Positions 26,401-33,853 of a DNA stretch of 52,870 bases are shown one piece after another. The translations under genes were made by a program, and so were the position numbers. The notes beneath the pieces are model-generated. The model was not told the DNA's origin and searched no databases. It saw nothing but the letters and a program-made list of their open reading frames with translations. The first letter of the stretch is position 1, and each line of letters begins with the position of its first letter. Origin of the DNA: a virus. Taxonomy: Duplodnaviria > Caudoviricetes. Location: positions 1-52,870 of the IMG/VR virus record IMGVR_UViG_3300044941_000088, one strand, 5' to 3'.

Positions 26401-29085
26401 CCGGCAATGGACCCCGCCAACGCCGCGCTTCGCGCGCCGACGACTACCGAGTCGGCCAGCGCTATGTGGAATCGCTACAAGCCGATCTTCGACACGCTGA
26501 TCTCGCCTGAAGGGCGCGAGATGTATGTGCGCCTTGCCAAGTATTTCGAGAAGCAAGAGCAGCAGCGGAGACACCTGGTAGCGGCGCTGTTCCTTGACGC
26601 CATAGAGCCTAAAACGGACGGCACGTCTTGGACAGAAGCGTCAACCATTGAAGTGGCCAACGCAGTAGCAGCGCACAAGACCACTGGTAGTCCCGAAGAC
26701 AACACAACGATGGCGCGGCTTCGCGAGCTGCTCAACACTGGGCATGTCGGCGGAGCGTATTTCCCGCTGCGCCGATTTGGCGATTATGTCGTAACCGCCG
26801 AAACCACCATTCAGGTTCCCAAGGGCGTCGACCCAAAAGCCATGCTTGCAGGTTACCCCGGTGCAACCTACGACGCGGCGTCGAGAGAAATCACATACAT
26901 CTCGATGTCGAGGTTCCAGACTCGCGCTGAAGCTGAAGCGCATAGAGAGCGGCTCGTGAAAGTGCTCGGCGAAGACAGCGTTTCCAAGGTGGACCTGCTT
27001 CGCGAGCTTCAGTTCCAGACGCCAGTCAACACCGCGCTAAGCAGTATGGTTACGCGCTTTGAACAGCGTCTCGCCGCGCAGCCGGGAATGACAGAAAGCG
27101 TCGCCAGAGAAATGACGCGGCAAATGCAACTCGCGATCCTCGACATGCTGCCAGACACGTCTCTCGTAGCAGCGTTGCGAACCCGCAAGGGCGTTCCGGG
27201 CGCGTCCACAGACTTGCAGCGCGTTGTGGCCGAATACGGCTACTCCAACGCAAACTATCTCAGCAGCCTCAAGAACCAGCCTTTGATGCAAAACGCCATC
27301 AAGGCGCTTCATCTTGGAGCGGATAAAGTCACGAAACACACGGATTCGTCCAGCGCGGATGCGATTAGAGCGCGCGAGGTCGCGGCGCGTCTCAACGATG
27401 CCGTTGTGAACTACCAGAAAGCCGCCGATATGGGGAACGTCGGTCAGTTCCTGTCGGACGTTGGCTTCTTCTGGTATCTCGGCGGCGTCAGCTACAACGT
27501 CTTCAACGCGGCGCAGCCGTTCCTATACGGGTGGAAGGAGCTCGCCGCGCGGCATGGACCGGCCAAGGCAACAGCCGGGCTGACAAGCGCCTATCGCGCC
27601 GTGTCGCGTCCGGCCATGGAAAAACTTGTCAAGACGGGCTTTGGGCTGACCAAACTGCCGCAAGTGCTTTTGCCGGGCAAGATGCGGAAGGAGTTCGACG
27701 CCTACAGCTACGACATCTCGGAGGAGCTTGTCGAAAACGCCGCCAATCCGCTACACAAGAGGTTGCTAAAAGAACTGATAAACGAGAACCACATCAACAT
27801 CAGCCTTGCGCAGGACATGGCTCGCCTCTCCTCGCGTCGGCACATCGACGCGAAAGGCAACACAATCTACCAGAGCCGGTGGGAGTATCTGACCGAGTGG
27901 ATGCGCATGGCGCCGCACCTGACGGAGGTGATGAACCGCGCAGTCACGTCAGTAGCGGCCTTCGATCTTGAATACGCAAGGGCGATCAAAGCAGGGCTCG
28001 ATCCAAAGCGCGCCTACGATCAGGCTAAGCGCTACGCCATCACGACGACCGAGCGGACGAACTTTGTCTATGCGCCGTGGAACCGCCCATGGGTGCTGCG
28101 TAGCCAGACCAGCAGGCTGTTCCTGATGTTCATGCAGCACGCGCAGCACACGACCTTCATGCTGCTCCGGCACGTTGCGGTTGCAACCCGCCTCGCGGAA
28201 GCCACGCCCGAAGAGCGTGCAGAGGCTCGCAAAGCGCTCGGTTACTTCATCGCGATGCACATCCTTGCGGTTGGCGCGCTGGGTGCGATCCCCGAACTGG
28301 CGAAGCCAATCGTCGCGCTTGCTGCCATGGCGTTCGGCGATGATGATGAAGAGCTTTACAAGCTCCGCATCAGAAACGCAGCGGCTGATCTGCTGGGGCC
28401 GCAACTTGGCGAGATTGCAAGCACTGGCTTGCTGGGGCTCATTGGCATTGACGCCACATCCCGTATCGGCCTCGGGTCCATGCTGCTGCACGACGGCAGG
28501 GTAGGCGAAACCAAGGCCGACCTCGCGCTCTACATCGCGGAACAGTTTGGCGGCCCGCTGGTCAGCCTCGGGCTTGGCGCAGTGGACGTGCAGTATTTTG
28601 CGGCTCGCGGCGAGACCAGCAAAGCCATCGAAGCCATAGCGCCGAAAATGTTCCGCGACTTCTTGGCCGCTTATCGTATCAGCCAGGAAGGCATGACCGA
28701 CCGTAAAGGGAAGGTCTACCGGAACGCTGAAGAGATGTCGGCGACGGAATACGTCTATCGCGCGCTCGGGTTTATGCCGATGGCCCAGTCCAACGCGCAG
28801 CTTGCCCGTCAAGTCAACGAACAGCTTGCAAGGGTTCAAAGCGAAAAAATCGTCCTCCTCGACCGACTGTGGAACGCAAGGAGCGACCGCGAAGCCATGG
28901 AGAGGATCAAACAAAAGCTGTTCGATCTGGGGCGCAGGTATCCGCATTTGAACATCACGCAAAAGACAATCCGCGACTCGTTGGCTGCGCGTGGGCGTGA
29001 GCAATCGAAGCTGATGAACTATGTCTTCGCGGCGCCGCGCGAGATGGCCTACGTCCGCGAAATGACGAGGTTCTTGGGACAGTAA
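17476..29085 (+). CDS. Giant polyvalent virion protein (3869 aa): strawberry-notch-like SF2 helicase, HExxH metallopeptidase-like and PLxRFG domains
   Basis: LLADGTGVGKT (~23740), IFADEVHK (~24040), TATP, QALGRIER (~25000), LLHEAAH..QEFIAEA (~25600), YFPLRRFG (~26760). Confidence 0.85.
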   Translation: MLGLPNPDDVIAKYVDADALEALRARAETSATNQGLGVGRYGPGTAPDIGQPSALFRQDRDLATGVPIPQDKPYKSGLGQFGSALWGSVKSLGASAARLGKWATEGNPYNGDEGEPGTAISRLFGAIADGLEASALDSMLEVDPRRRAAMDAISNIDSIDDLKNFTLEGALFTVATGLGSMAPVVIPALLKLPLLAIGGAVITGAAQLLDNAQQTADELRETGEIERLPIYQEALARTGSPEQAFYETKTNLERISLLVGVPLSAFTGGLTAKIASGELLQGIKNFAEKRLATRLAAGIAAGGAVEGLDEAMQTFVPRAVANFGMGAEGIDPTKTLLGSFIVGALPGGVVGALGSIRPKKQPEEQAERGSPPSSSDPALDSLSGAPPAAAATGLPSPTQAPQADATQPEAQQSAAPQGPSETPPAGVYPVGMKITLGKNVWTFDGAKFEVQEAGSDQKALNYDAIVFAKPDALNTTRIANRQIGSDLKNLSAVKFGSDRLYLYPLGSGSEPIEMPVAYSAAPGHVLLGVLAKQRDRVNARVVQLHGTIKADELSKFVTLPEAQPAQPAQPAQPAQPAQPAQPAQPVQAAGVPTPPSVSAPVEAQQQQQQQQTSGPFGAVEQNVAQPAQSTGVPTAEVAAPVPAAEDQKPPVAPRARKSTAITVETARGVPTPEVADTEAAGESEPEQGIPSPEDAPMRSPEGIAALQQNIPVGRKTLESKPSAVGESRSKKEQYEDENASKVKASEGVSLSALTNPEDRKAFLERVGPLEEILAGRPRRMNRMSPSEGIPPEKVAMPKNIGKPTEHKLSPAAREEAAKRWSQVSSAKSMEEARKREEQRQAQEKEKEAARKEEEKRKQKFKAAALELRDKLGITQSDLLGDLTDSEQAALRGIANRQGVSLDALAEELFVSSVRPGEPSATLVRPGKPARTLELQFESIAKARKKARKVVESYVNAAKQVVTDFFTLRAIDASEKTLRDIANTGVIEAINAATADYDVRIKGLNKKNRVLVKRASLARLGTLKTHPRNTLAYEQTWELVQSKLDAAMRALERYAIATAEDESVVEIDRANVALSEAVATAQKTIDDIMKLQESNIPGFRSAQIIAVRDAVLNFTTQPLMLAATTTIDVPAVKEIDNRAAIKELLRRRFADAAKNLIKEQERAERQREIDAKINAAAAENYAKSSLEGILARAERLRELQRKWREAFERQAFERGDVEQENVEREDFNELQEEADRRTEEDAASEQDDDDGWTNERTRKKPFNTTRAYRIYKTLNAKAPEKVAKIRDTLVFSKVDEPGATPTLTGVFVALPDDQRVYALTLNGENYRPAERRVLRMSPPTEVGIYPLTEGGAPYKPIRRERDGALVPDNAVAWVFARSIEEAKIEASKRSDNARVPDKLPSQDKLFESARESLKKIKPEPLYKPEPLYTLDTGLQSDNAVMWITASSRHEAAAKAAAIREEAKAKLQEAGIDDLDVIRARREQFELLERSLKARLEQFSEKERKRLEQVSEKARERFAQLERTWRTAKEKRAQFEELEQLAQIVNVEVPKGARGQNLAKYYFKGLKGIRRATKLGEKAGQGIAYKRLVFVPGVAPTLDNKTLDEVTPSYYEAVKRRGDGTVVVPAYDLAKGDVTSIPTARETSVVYRNMADNQILSMPVYTRQMPKRLPFDVVREAELQIADLAKEVGMQPGEDITVAELQQIVMWLADQAPTPDSKAGKIAPRTAKQAQRALKKRRERSAPEGVQMFDMDTDADDLFGDVSTDNEIPEEVLNSAKSILDNLALAATSGPGGSKFNTAKAQATAILLETIGSFSVLQDPDYQRDQEDAAESYDELARQAESASSLVGQYRPVKLLDLIKAAEPDILEKADDTAQALGRVPVSVALADQKVSFYKDADEKDQAVYRASLGSYELSISKAQKAASPSFDISRAVVVSGPDASLRKLVQETAEQLVKPDGPLAHLWSVFAKQVRKESNVNVSRKPKGYPGQTVSDYASNPRGGFGSGARTAELYNGRAEMQAPLVRKARDYLKNATNDIVINEDGTTLGEAILNSDLSDEQKDAVAIFALMYDTRQKIKERTPDSYALPGMLLADGTGVGKTAQIGAMAYYVLRKYPKAKVFVAVPPANANQNINNFTNKAVPNTKTQAHGRYRTDAVNTLNNAVKEGRLGIGVAQTADDARAIKLEDKDLIFADEVHKYGKGSTKSDESLNAELAKINAFTVFVTATPVDSSGNVEYLKNIVLPKGAIDDASKGTLAEVYGPQDAIAYTNRAALNINATPEGLRAAFDDFAKLGVVIARDIKTNYQVEASGVFKVFEDDARRLGLLNENNPLAQQIKRRTAETRFGTATLAVLRALKLAQSGELQKILAESKQALFFVDNSLDALKKAKLDVTGAWKAFALEVLKMADVKTQNLTNDELIIPHKVIEKILSARAPAGKVIKIYPSDTLNDPNQSDRAKQLHKDFQEGKIHALIGSYDMMGTGYDFDDQSEGGVRPRTVVPLNLPFVGVNMWQALGRIERSTTTSQPNLFWRDLALPERLGKVIPGKQHNYPALELDAAQRMQEVRAMTYAVKGQDPSALMESAKSIEDLPLGKIMPRLQQEIDEAIAESNASAKPSATDERVMDAARSTGSLSDALKAVVETGERRDAAAAKRLLALLRDTPIQLDVVDGSDEGAQAIFERSGRAPSAYYDPGAGRIAMLDTPAEATTRLLHEAAHVAMHNAVGASEEARATIHGVILAASQEIRERFSAAFEGQAGSVEQAQEFIAEAMANPEFQDAMQRDIDAVKGVSLWTRFLRTVGRLLGIEALAAPWLNDILRSRQLAYSGPPISRDAADYLPRMLAAGRHRADGQAEKLLQQAWNAVGQAAQSRTVLRAALKVQTVLQIQEISQPLFRRYGAADAVDGVVEALKRRHAEQTNQINKMSREVLRPLTQYVREQGARRIRAPLGFGNETVETTEWQALSEIINASGYAALDFSKPAMDPANAALRAPTTTESASAMWNRYKPIFDTLISPEGREMYVRLAKYFEKQEQQRRHLVAALFLDAIEPKTDGTSWTEASTIEVANAVAAHKTTGSPEDNTTMARLRELLNTGHVGGAYFPLRRFGDYVVTAETTIQVPKGVDPKAMLAGYPGATYDAASREITYISMSRFQTRAEAEAHRERLVKVLGEDSVSKVDLLRELQFQTPVNTALSSMVTRFEQRLAAQPGMTESVAREMTRQMQLAILDMLPDTSLVAALRTRKGVPGASTDLQRVVAEYGYSNANYLSSLKNQPLMQNAIKALHLGADKVTKHTDSSSADAIRAREVAARLNDAVVNYQKAADMGNVGQFLSDVGFFWYLGGVSYNVFNAAQPFLYGWKELAARHGPAKATAGLTSAYRAVSRPAMEKLVKTGFGLTKLPQVLLPGKMRKEFDAYSYDISEELVENAANPLHKRLLKELINENHINISLAQDMARLSSRRHIDAKGNTIYQSRWEYLTEWMRMAPHLTEVMNRAVTSVAAFDLEYARAIKAGLDPKRAYDQAKRYAITTTERTNFVYAPWNRPWVLRSQTSRLFLMFMQHAQHTTFMLLRHVAVATRLAEATPEERAEARKALGYFIAMHILAVGALGAIPELAKPIVALAAMAFGDDDEELYKLRIRNAAADLLGPQLGEIASTGLLGLIGIDATSRIGLGSMLLHDGRVGETKADLALYIAEQFGGPLVSLGLGAVDVQYFAARGETSKAIEAIAPKMFRDFLAAYRISQEGMTDRKGKVYRNAEEMSATEYVYRALGFMPMAQSNAQLARQVNEQLARVQSEKIVLLDRLWNARSDREAMERIKQKLFDLGRRYPHLNITQKTIRDSLAARGREQSKLMNYVFAAPREMAYVREMTRFLGQ
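19159..19230 (+). repeat. In-frame tandem repeat (GCTCAGCCC)8 encoding (AQP)8
   Basis: Eight perfect 9-bp units. Confidence 0.95.
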
Positions 29086-29100
29086 CACGGAGTAACCGAC

Positions 29101-29373
29101 ATGGCCGAGAACGGCGAAAAGCGCGACCCAGTTACCCACCGGACGCCGACTCAGATCAGGCGCGAGATCAAGAAGCGGTCGACTCCCGCAGAGGTCGCAA
29201 AGCGAGTTCAGCGAAACCAGGCTCGCGCCAAGCTGATGAAGGCGGGCAAGGTCCGAAAGGGCGACGGCATGGACGTTGACCACAAGACGCCCATCCGCCA
29301 CGGCGGCTCCAACGCGGCGTCGAACCTCAGGGTAGTGCCAGCCTCAAAGAACAGAGGCTGGCGCGAAAAGTAG
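29101..29373 (+). CDS. Small HNH-motif protein
   Basis: DVDHKTPIRHGGSNAASNLRVVPASKNRG. Confidence 0.8.
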   Translation: MAENGEKRDPVTHRTPTQIRREIKKRSTPAEVAKRVQRNQARAKLMKAGKVRKGDGMDVDHKTPIRHGGSNAASNLRVVPASKNRGWREK

Positions 29374-29385
29374 CGCCAGCCTGCC

Positions 29386-29634
29386 TCACAAACCCCGCGT
29401 TTTGGCGGCTTCCAGACGGGCAATCTCGCGGTCCAGATACCACCGCGCCTTTTTTAGATCGGTTATTTCTTCGTCATGCCCGCCTTTTGAGCCAGCGCGC
29501 CAGATGTATTTGATTGCATTGCCGCGACAAAAGTTCATGTGCTCGGTGATCTGTATGCACTCGATGCCAGACGGGTGCGTGGTGTAGTGCGGCGGGTGCT
29601 CGACCGCGCACCTCGTGTGTTCTGTATCCATCAT
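29386..29634 (-). CDS. DUF3310-family protein
   Basis: VEHPPHYT...IECI...FCRGNAIKYIWRAGSK...DLKKARWYL. Confidence 0.85.
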   Translation of the reverse strand: MMDTEHTRCAVEHPPHYTTHPSGIECIQITEHMNFCRGNAIKYIWRAGSKGGHDEEITDLKKARWYLDREIARLEAAKTRGL

Positions 29635-32450
29635 CTGTATCTCTGTAGATACTCGGGGCCGAGAGCCTTGCTGGCGCAAGCCCGGATGACGCGCGTCCTG
29701 CCAAGAGCGTAGGACGATCCCGCGCCGGGAACGCAGACCAGCTCGCGGGCTCCGACAGTTTGTTGAAGCCGCAGCCGAAGCTGACTGACGGAGAGCCGCT
29801 TCGCCTCGGCGTATTCTTCGAGAACCTGCATCGGGACCATAAGCGAGTCGTCCTTCACGCCGACAAACAGCTTGGCCACGCGAGTGGGGGGAGGTTCAAG
29901 AACGTCTACGCGCCCAACAGGTAGCGGCGACAGACTGTTCAGAATGACCACGTTGCCGCTGTAGCGCCCAAACAGCTCGGCCAGCGTGTTGTCAAGCAAC
30001 TCCTCGCTCGACTGGACGCTCACCCGTCCGCGCTTGATCGCGCTCAGCAGCATCTTTGTGACCGCCTCAACGTCGATGTTGGCAATCCCGAAGCGCCTCG
30101 CCAGCATGGCTCCGGCGATGATCACGCTCGCGCCTTGCACCCAAAACCGTTCCTGCGGGCTTGCAGAGGCCCGGTCGGTAATGTTGGACACCACGGGCTG
30201 CATGAACTTCTGCAAGCTGCTCACGCCAACACTGGTGAGCTTGTCAACGTAGGCGCGACCGGCTACACCGTGTATCCTTTTCAGACTGATTGAGGCGGAT
30301 GTAACCGCATCGGCGTCGCCTCTGCTCCCCATGATGGGGGGCATCTCAATCTCAAGCAGGCGATAGAGCCCCGCAGGGCTTCCGCGCGTCCTGATGGCGA
30401 CCGCATCAAGCACAGAGGCGTTAGCGGTGACAACCATGGCAGTGTTGATCGACGGAGCGTTGCGAAGCTCAGACTTTTGATTTAGTCGTTGCTTCGAGCT
30501 ACCCTGCAATGTGCGGAAAGCGACGTTCGTAAAGCGATCGAAGTCCTGCTCACTGCGGACTTCATCCCACAAAGTAGGCAGGTATCGTGTAGCCGACATG
30601 CGCGCGACAATGGCGTTGCTGGTGTCGTCTAGGGAAAGGATGCCTCTGTTCGGGTCGCCCCAAACAGAGGCAATGTAGCGCAGGAAGGTAGTCTTTCCGA
30701 CGCCTGACAACGGGCCGCACACGGCCAGAAGGAACGAAGGCTGCTCGATAAAGTGCAAGAGCGGCGAAGCGAACGCCGACGCCATCATAACATGCGCGGA
30801 CGGGCGCTGATCGCGCTCAAACACCGCCGATACAGCCTTCCATTGTTCGAGTGTTCCAGACGGGCGATAGGCGCTTTGCAACGCCTGATCTACATGTCCT
30901 GACCTCGTGACCCTTTGGCCGCCAGAGTATCGCTCGCCCGCTATCGAGAACCCGCCGTCAGAGTCCCAACCAAACCCCGGAGCTTCCTCTACTCGCTGGC
31001 TTCTTTGGAGATGGTCCATCCAGCCGATCACCGCGCCGCTGAACAGCCGTGCGCCGTTTCGGGTTATGGGCATCCCTTTGGCAAGTAACTGGCGTTGCAA
31101 CTCCGCTTCGTCAGCCACGGTGCCAAGATAGACCACCAGCTCGTCGCGGGTTGAACCTGCCGCGAACTTGAACCTGATAAACCGGCCTTTCTCCTGATCG
31201 TGCCCGATCTCCCAGCCGTCAACCTCGCAATCCACGACCTTCACTTCCTCGGGTTCGCCGCCAGCACCAATTCTGGTCATGTAGGTCGCACCCTTCCTGA
31301 TGAAGGTCGGAGACGGCAGCCGACCGGCACCGACATCGGCAGCCTTGGCATCGGGGGCGCTATATCCCAAGACAAGCGGCGTCTTGATCTTTCCAAAATG
31401 TGGGCACAATCGACAGTGATTGGTCAGGCTCGCAAACTTCTCACAGGTCGTCGGCCCGATGCGTTGTTCATTGGCCAGCGCCACGCGGTCGTTCCAGACG
31501 TGCGCAAACCCTTCTGGCGTGTATCGCGGGTCTCCGTCGCTAAGCGCGCGAGCGGTTTCTTCGCCGCCCTCGGCATAGGCCATTACATGAAGCAGTTGAA
31601 CCCACAGCGGGTAAGGGTCGCCGTCGCCTCGTCTGGCCATGGAGTCGGCGAACACCGGACAGCTAGACACGATGCGCTCGGCCTCATACACCCTCGTCGT
31701 GTCGTAGCCAGCCGTAAGATCGGTGTTGCCTACTATCGGCAGAACGGCCACCGCCGCATCGTTCGGGCGTAGCGACGTAACCGGAGCAGTGTCCGCGTAG
31801 GCAGACAGCTTGTTGCGCATCTCCTCGAAAGGGATGTCGTCTGGCGCTTGCGCGATGACCGTCACTACTGGGCGGTGATCGTATTTCCGGTTCACGGTTC
31901 CGGGAACACGGAGTAACCTTGCGGCATCCGTCGTCACCTCGTAGTCGGCTACGAGGTTGAACTTGCGCATCGCGCTCACAAGCGCCTTGGCGACCGGAAG
32001 CCATTCTTCAAGCCGCACTGCAATGTCCAGCACCCAATAGACGTGCAGCCCGCCCCCGCTTGAGACGACAATGTTCGGGCGCGGGAAGTCGATCTTCTTC
32101 AAGAACTCCTTGAAGGCCAGTATGGCCGTCTCACGGCGGTCGTAAAGTTTGAAGTCGATGTCCGCGTAGAAAGACCGGAGGACAGACACGTTCTCGGCCT
32201 TGCGGCAGGACTTCTCACGGCCTTTGTCGTCGATGATCTTCTCTACTTTGAACGAGGCCGGAGTGAAATAGATGTCGTTGTGGGTAACAAGGCGAGCAAT
32301 TCTCGCTAAGGCCTTGTCAACGTCTGTGAACGGAGAGTGGTTATAGCCGGGCCGAGCCGGGCCGCCAACAACGGAGACGCGGCTCGGCCACGCTATGTAG
32401 TGTATGCCAGGCCCGGCGACCCGCTCAAGGAACCCGCGTGGGCCGAGCAT
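29631..32450 (-). CDS. Primase (RepB-like AEP) fused to DUF927 helicase-like domain
   Basis: FYADID, SSGGGLHVYW, RLLRVPGT, CxxF..CxxC Zn motif, GPLSGVGKTT, WDE. Confidence 0.85.
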   Translation of the reverse strand: MLGPRGFLERVAGPGIHYIAWPSRVSVVGGPARPGYNHSPFTDVDKALARIARLVTHNDIYFTPASFKVEKIIDDKGREKSCRKAENVSVLRSFYADIDFKLYDRRETAILAFKEFLKKIDFPRPNIVVSSGGGLHVYWVLDIAVRLEEWLPVAKALVSAMRKFNLVADYEVTTDAARLLRVPGTVNRKYDHRPVVTVIAQAPDDIPFEEMRNKLSAYADTAPVTSLRPNDAAVAVLPIVGNTDLTAGYDTTRVYEAERIVSSCPVFADSMARRGDGDPYPLWVQLLHVMAYAEGGEETARALSDGDPRYTPEGFAHVWNDRVALANEQRIGPTTCEKFASLTNHCRLCPHFGKIKTPLVLGYSAPDAKAADVGAGRLPSPTFIRKGATYMTRIGAGGEPEEVKVVDCEVDGWEIGHDQEKGRFIRFKFAAGSTRDELVVYLGTVADEAELQRQLLAKGMPITRNGARLFSGAVIGWMDHLQRSQRVEEAPGFGWDSDGGFSIAGERYSGGQRVTRSGHVDQALQSAYRPSGTLEQWKAVSAVFERDQRPSAHVMMASAFASPLLHFIEQPSFLLAVCGPLSGVGKTTFLRYIASVWGDPNRGILSLDDTSNAIVARMSATRYLPTLWDEVRSEQDFDRFTNVAFRTLQGSSKQRLNQKSELRNAPSINTAMVVTANASVLDAVAIRTRGSPAGLYRLLEIEMPPIMGSRGDADAVTSASISLKRIHGVAGRAYVDKLTSVGVSSLQKFMQPVVSNITDRASASPQERFWVQGASVIIAGAMLARRFGIANIDVEAVTKMLLSAIKRGRVSVQSSEELLDNTLAELFGRYSGNVVILNSLSPLPVGRVDVLEPPPTRVAKLFVGVKDDSLMVPMQVLEEYAEAKRLSVSQLRLRLQQTVGARELVCVPGAGSSYALGRTRVIRACASKALGPEYLQRYR

Positions 32451-32452
32451 GA

Positions 32453-33421
32453 CTAGATGCCTTTGAGAAGGTCCGAAAGGTCTCCGACAAGCGTGGACAG
32501 GTCGTCATCACCAGCGGAAGTGACTGCTTCGGGTTCCTTGGCGTTCGCCGATGCCTCGGCCTTGGGCGCGGCCTTGGGCGCGGCCTTGGGCGCGAGTGGG
32601 GTAGGCTCCGAAAGAGCACGCGGCGCAAACGCAGCCGCCCGCGCGCTGAGCGGGCGCTTGGCGTCAGCGGCAGCGTCGTCATCGGCAGCCGCAGAAGAAA
32701 CCGCGTTGACGCTGACAGACTGACGGAAGATGTTCTCGACCTCGACGCTATTCATCAGCGCGGCGACCTTCCGGGCCTCTTCCTCGTCCAGAGCCTTGAC
32801 CGGCTTGAAGACCAGCTTCGGATAGGCAAGCTCCTGATCGAAGCTGATCTTCACCGCGACGGCAGGATACGGGATGCGCAGGCGGTTCAGCTCCATTCCG
32901 AACTTGGCCAGATTGCCGAGGCTCGCGGGCGGAACGCGCAGCAGGCTTGGCCCCTCGGTCGTGTCGATGTTGGGATATGGCACCACTGCGAGGCGGCGGT
33001 TGTCCGCGCAAGCCTTGCCCTTGGCGCCGTTGGACGTGATGCGCGATCCGAACACGTTCCAGCGGCACTTGGCGCAAGTGTCGGACTGGGGCGACGGGAC
33101 ACCCGCATCGGGCACTACGCCGTCGCTGGACGCGCAGTCAGGCGCTTCGTCTGACCCCTCGACGTAGGTGGTGGCGTAGTAGGTCTTGGTGATCGTCTGG
33201 CTCGCCTTGAGGATCACGACCGTGATCGACGGGACGGGATCGCCGTCAGGCGTCAGCAACTTGCGGGCTTCGCCGTTGATGGTCTGCCGCCAGACTTTCC
33301 CCCTGAAGGTCAGGACAGGAAAGCCGTTCAACGCTCCTTCTTGCAAGTCGCGGTTGTCGGCGGCAAAGAGCGCCTGGTAGAGCGAGAGGGTGCTCTGGCT
33401 TGGAATGACGAGATCGGTCAT
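32453..33421 (-). CDS. Putative ssDNA-binding / annealing protein
   Basis: PDC.S.DG..P, CAKC.WN.FGS, KAC...RRLAV, LRVPPASL, acidic C-tail; in replication cluster. Confidence 0.65.
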   Translation of the reverse strand: MTDLVIPSQSTLSLYQALFAADNRDLQEGALNGFPVLTFRGKVWRQTINGEARKLLTPDGDPVPSITVVILKASQTITKTYYATTYVEGSDEAPDCASSDGVVPDAGVPSPQSDTCAKCRWNVFGSRITSNGAKGKACADNRRLAVVPYPNIDTTEGPSLLRVPPASLGNLAKFGMELNRLRIPYPAVAVKISFDQELAYPKLVFKPVKALDEEEARKVAALMNSVEVENIFRQSVSVNAVSSAAADDDAAADAKRPLSARAAAFAPRALSEPTPLAPKAAPKAAPKAEASANAKEPEAVTSAGDDDLSTLVGDLSDLLKGI

Positions 33422-33430
33422 CGTGGCTCC

Positions 33431-33820
33431 TCAGGACTTGCGGATGTTGATGTTGCGGATGCGCATAACATCGAGGCCGGGCGGCGGCGCGCCAACTGCT
33501 TCGATGTATTCCTCGACCCCCGACTTGAGCGGTCTGACATCCGCGATGTGCCACGCATCGTTAGCCCGCACGAAGTCAAAAAACGCTTCCTTGTCGGCAG
33601 TCTTGATGCTGGTGGTGTGCGACTGATACACGGTGTAACCATCAGCGCTAAGGCTCTGAACACCTTGCGCGTCGAGAATCCGTGCGAAAGCGGCTTCTAG
33701 TTTTTCGATAGCTTCGTTAATCGGAGCGAGGCGCGCCTTATGCGCCTCTTCCAGCTTCTTCTTCGCCTCGCGCAGGGCCACGGCCTTCTGCACAAGGTCT
33801 GATAACGTGAGTTTTGTCAT
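33431..33820 (-). CDS. Conserved phage replication-cluster hypothetical protein
   Basis: AAGGAG RBS; coiled coil then D.EAFFDFV...PPPGL. Confidence 0.7.
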   Translation of the reverse strand: MTKLTLSDLVQKAVALREAKKKLEEAHKARLAPINEAIEKLEAAFARILDAQGVQSLSADGYTVYQSHTTSIKTADKEAFFDFVRANDAWHIADVRPLKSGVEEYIEAVGAPPPGLDVMRIRNINIRKS

Positions 33821-33853
33821 GGCGTGCTCCTTGGATACCATACTGTAACATAT

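Noticed and set aside
29101-29373. HNH as mobile homing endonuclease or intron
   Set aside because: Only 90 aa, no DNA-binding extension and no interrupted gene; fits a small packaging-type HNH
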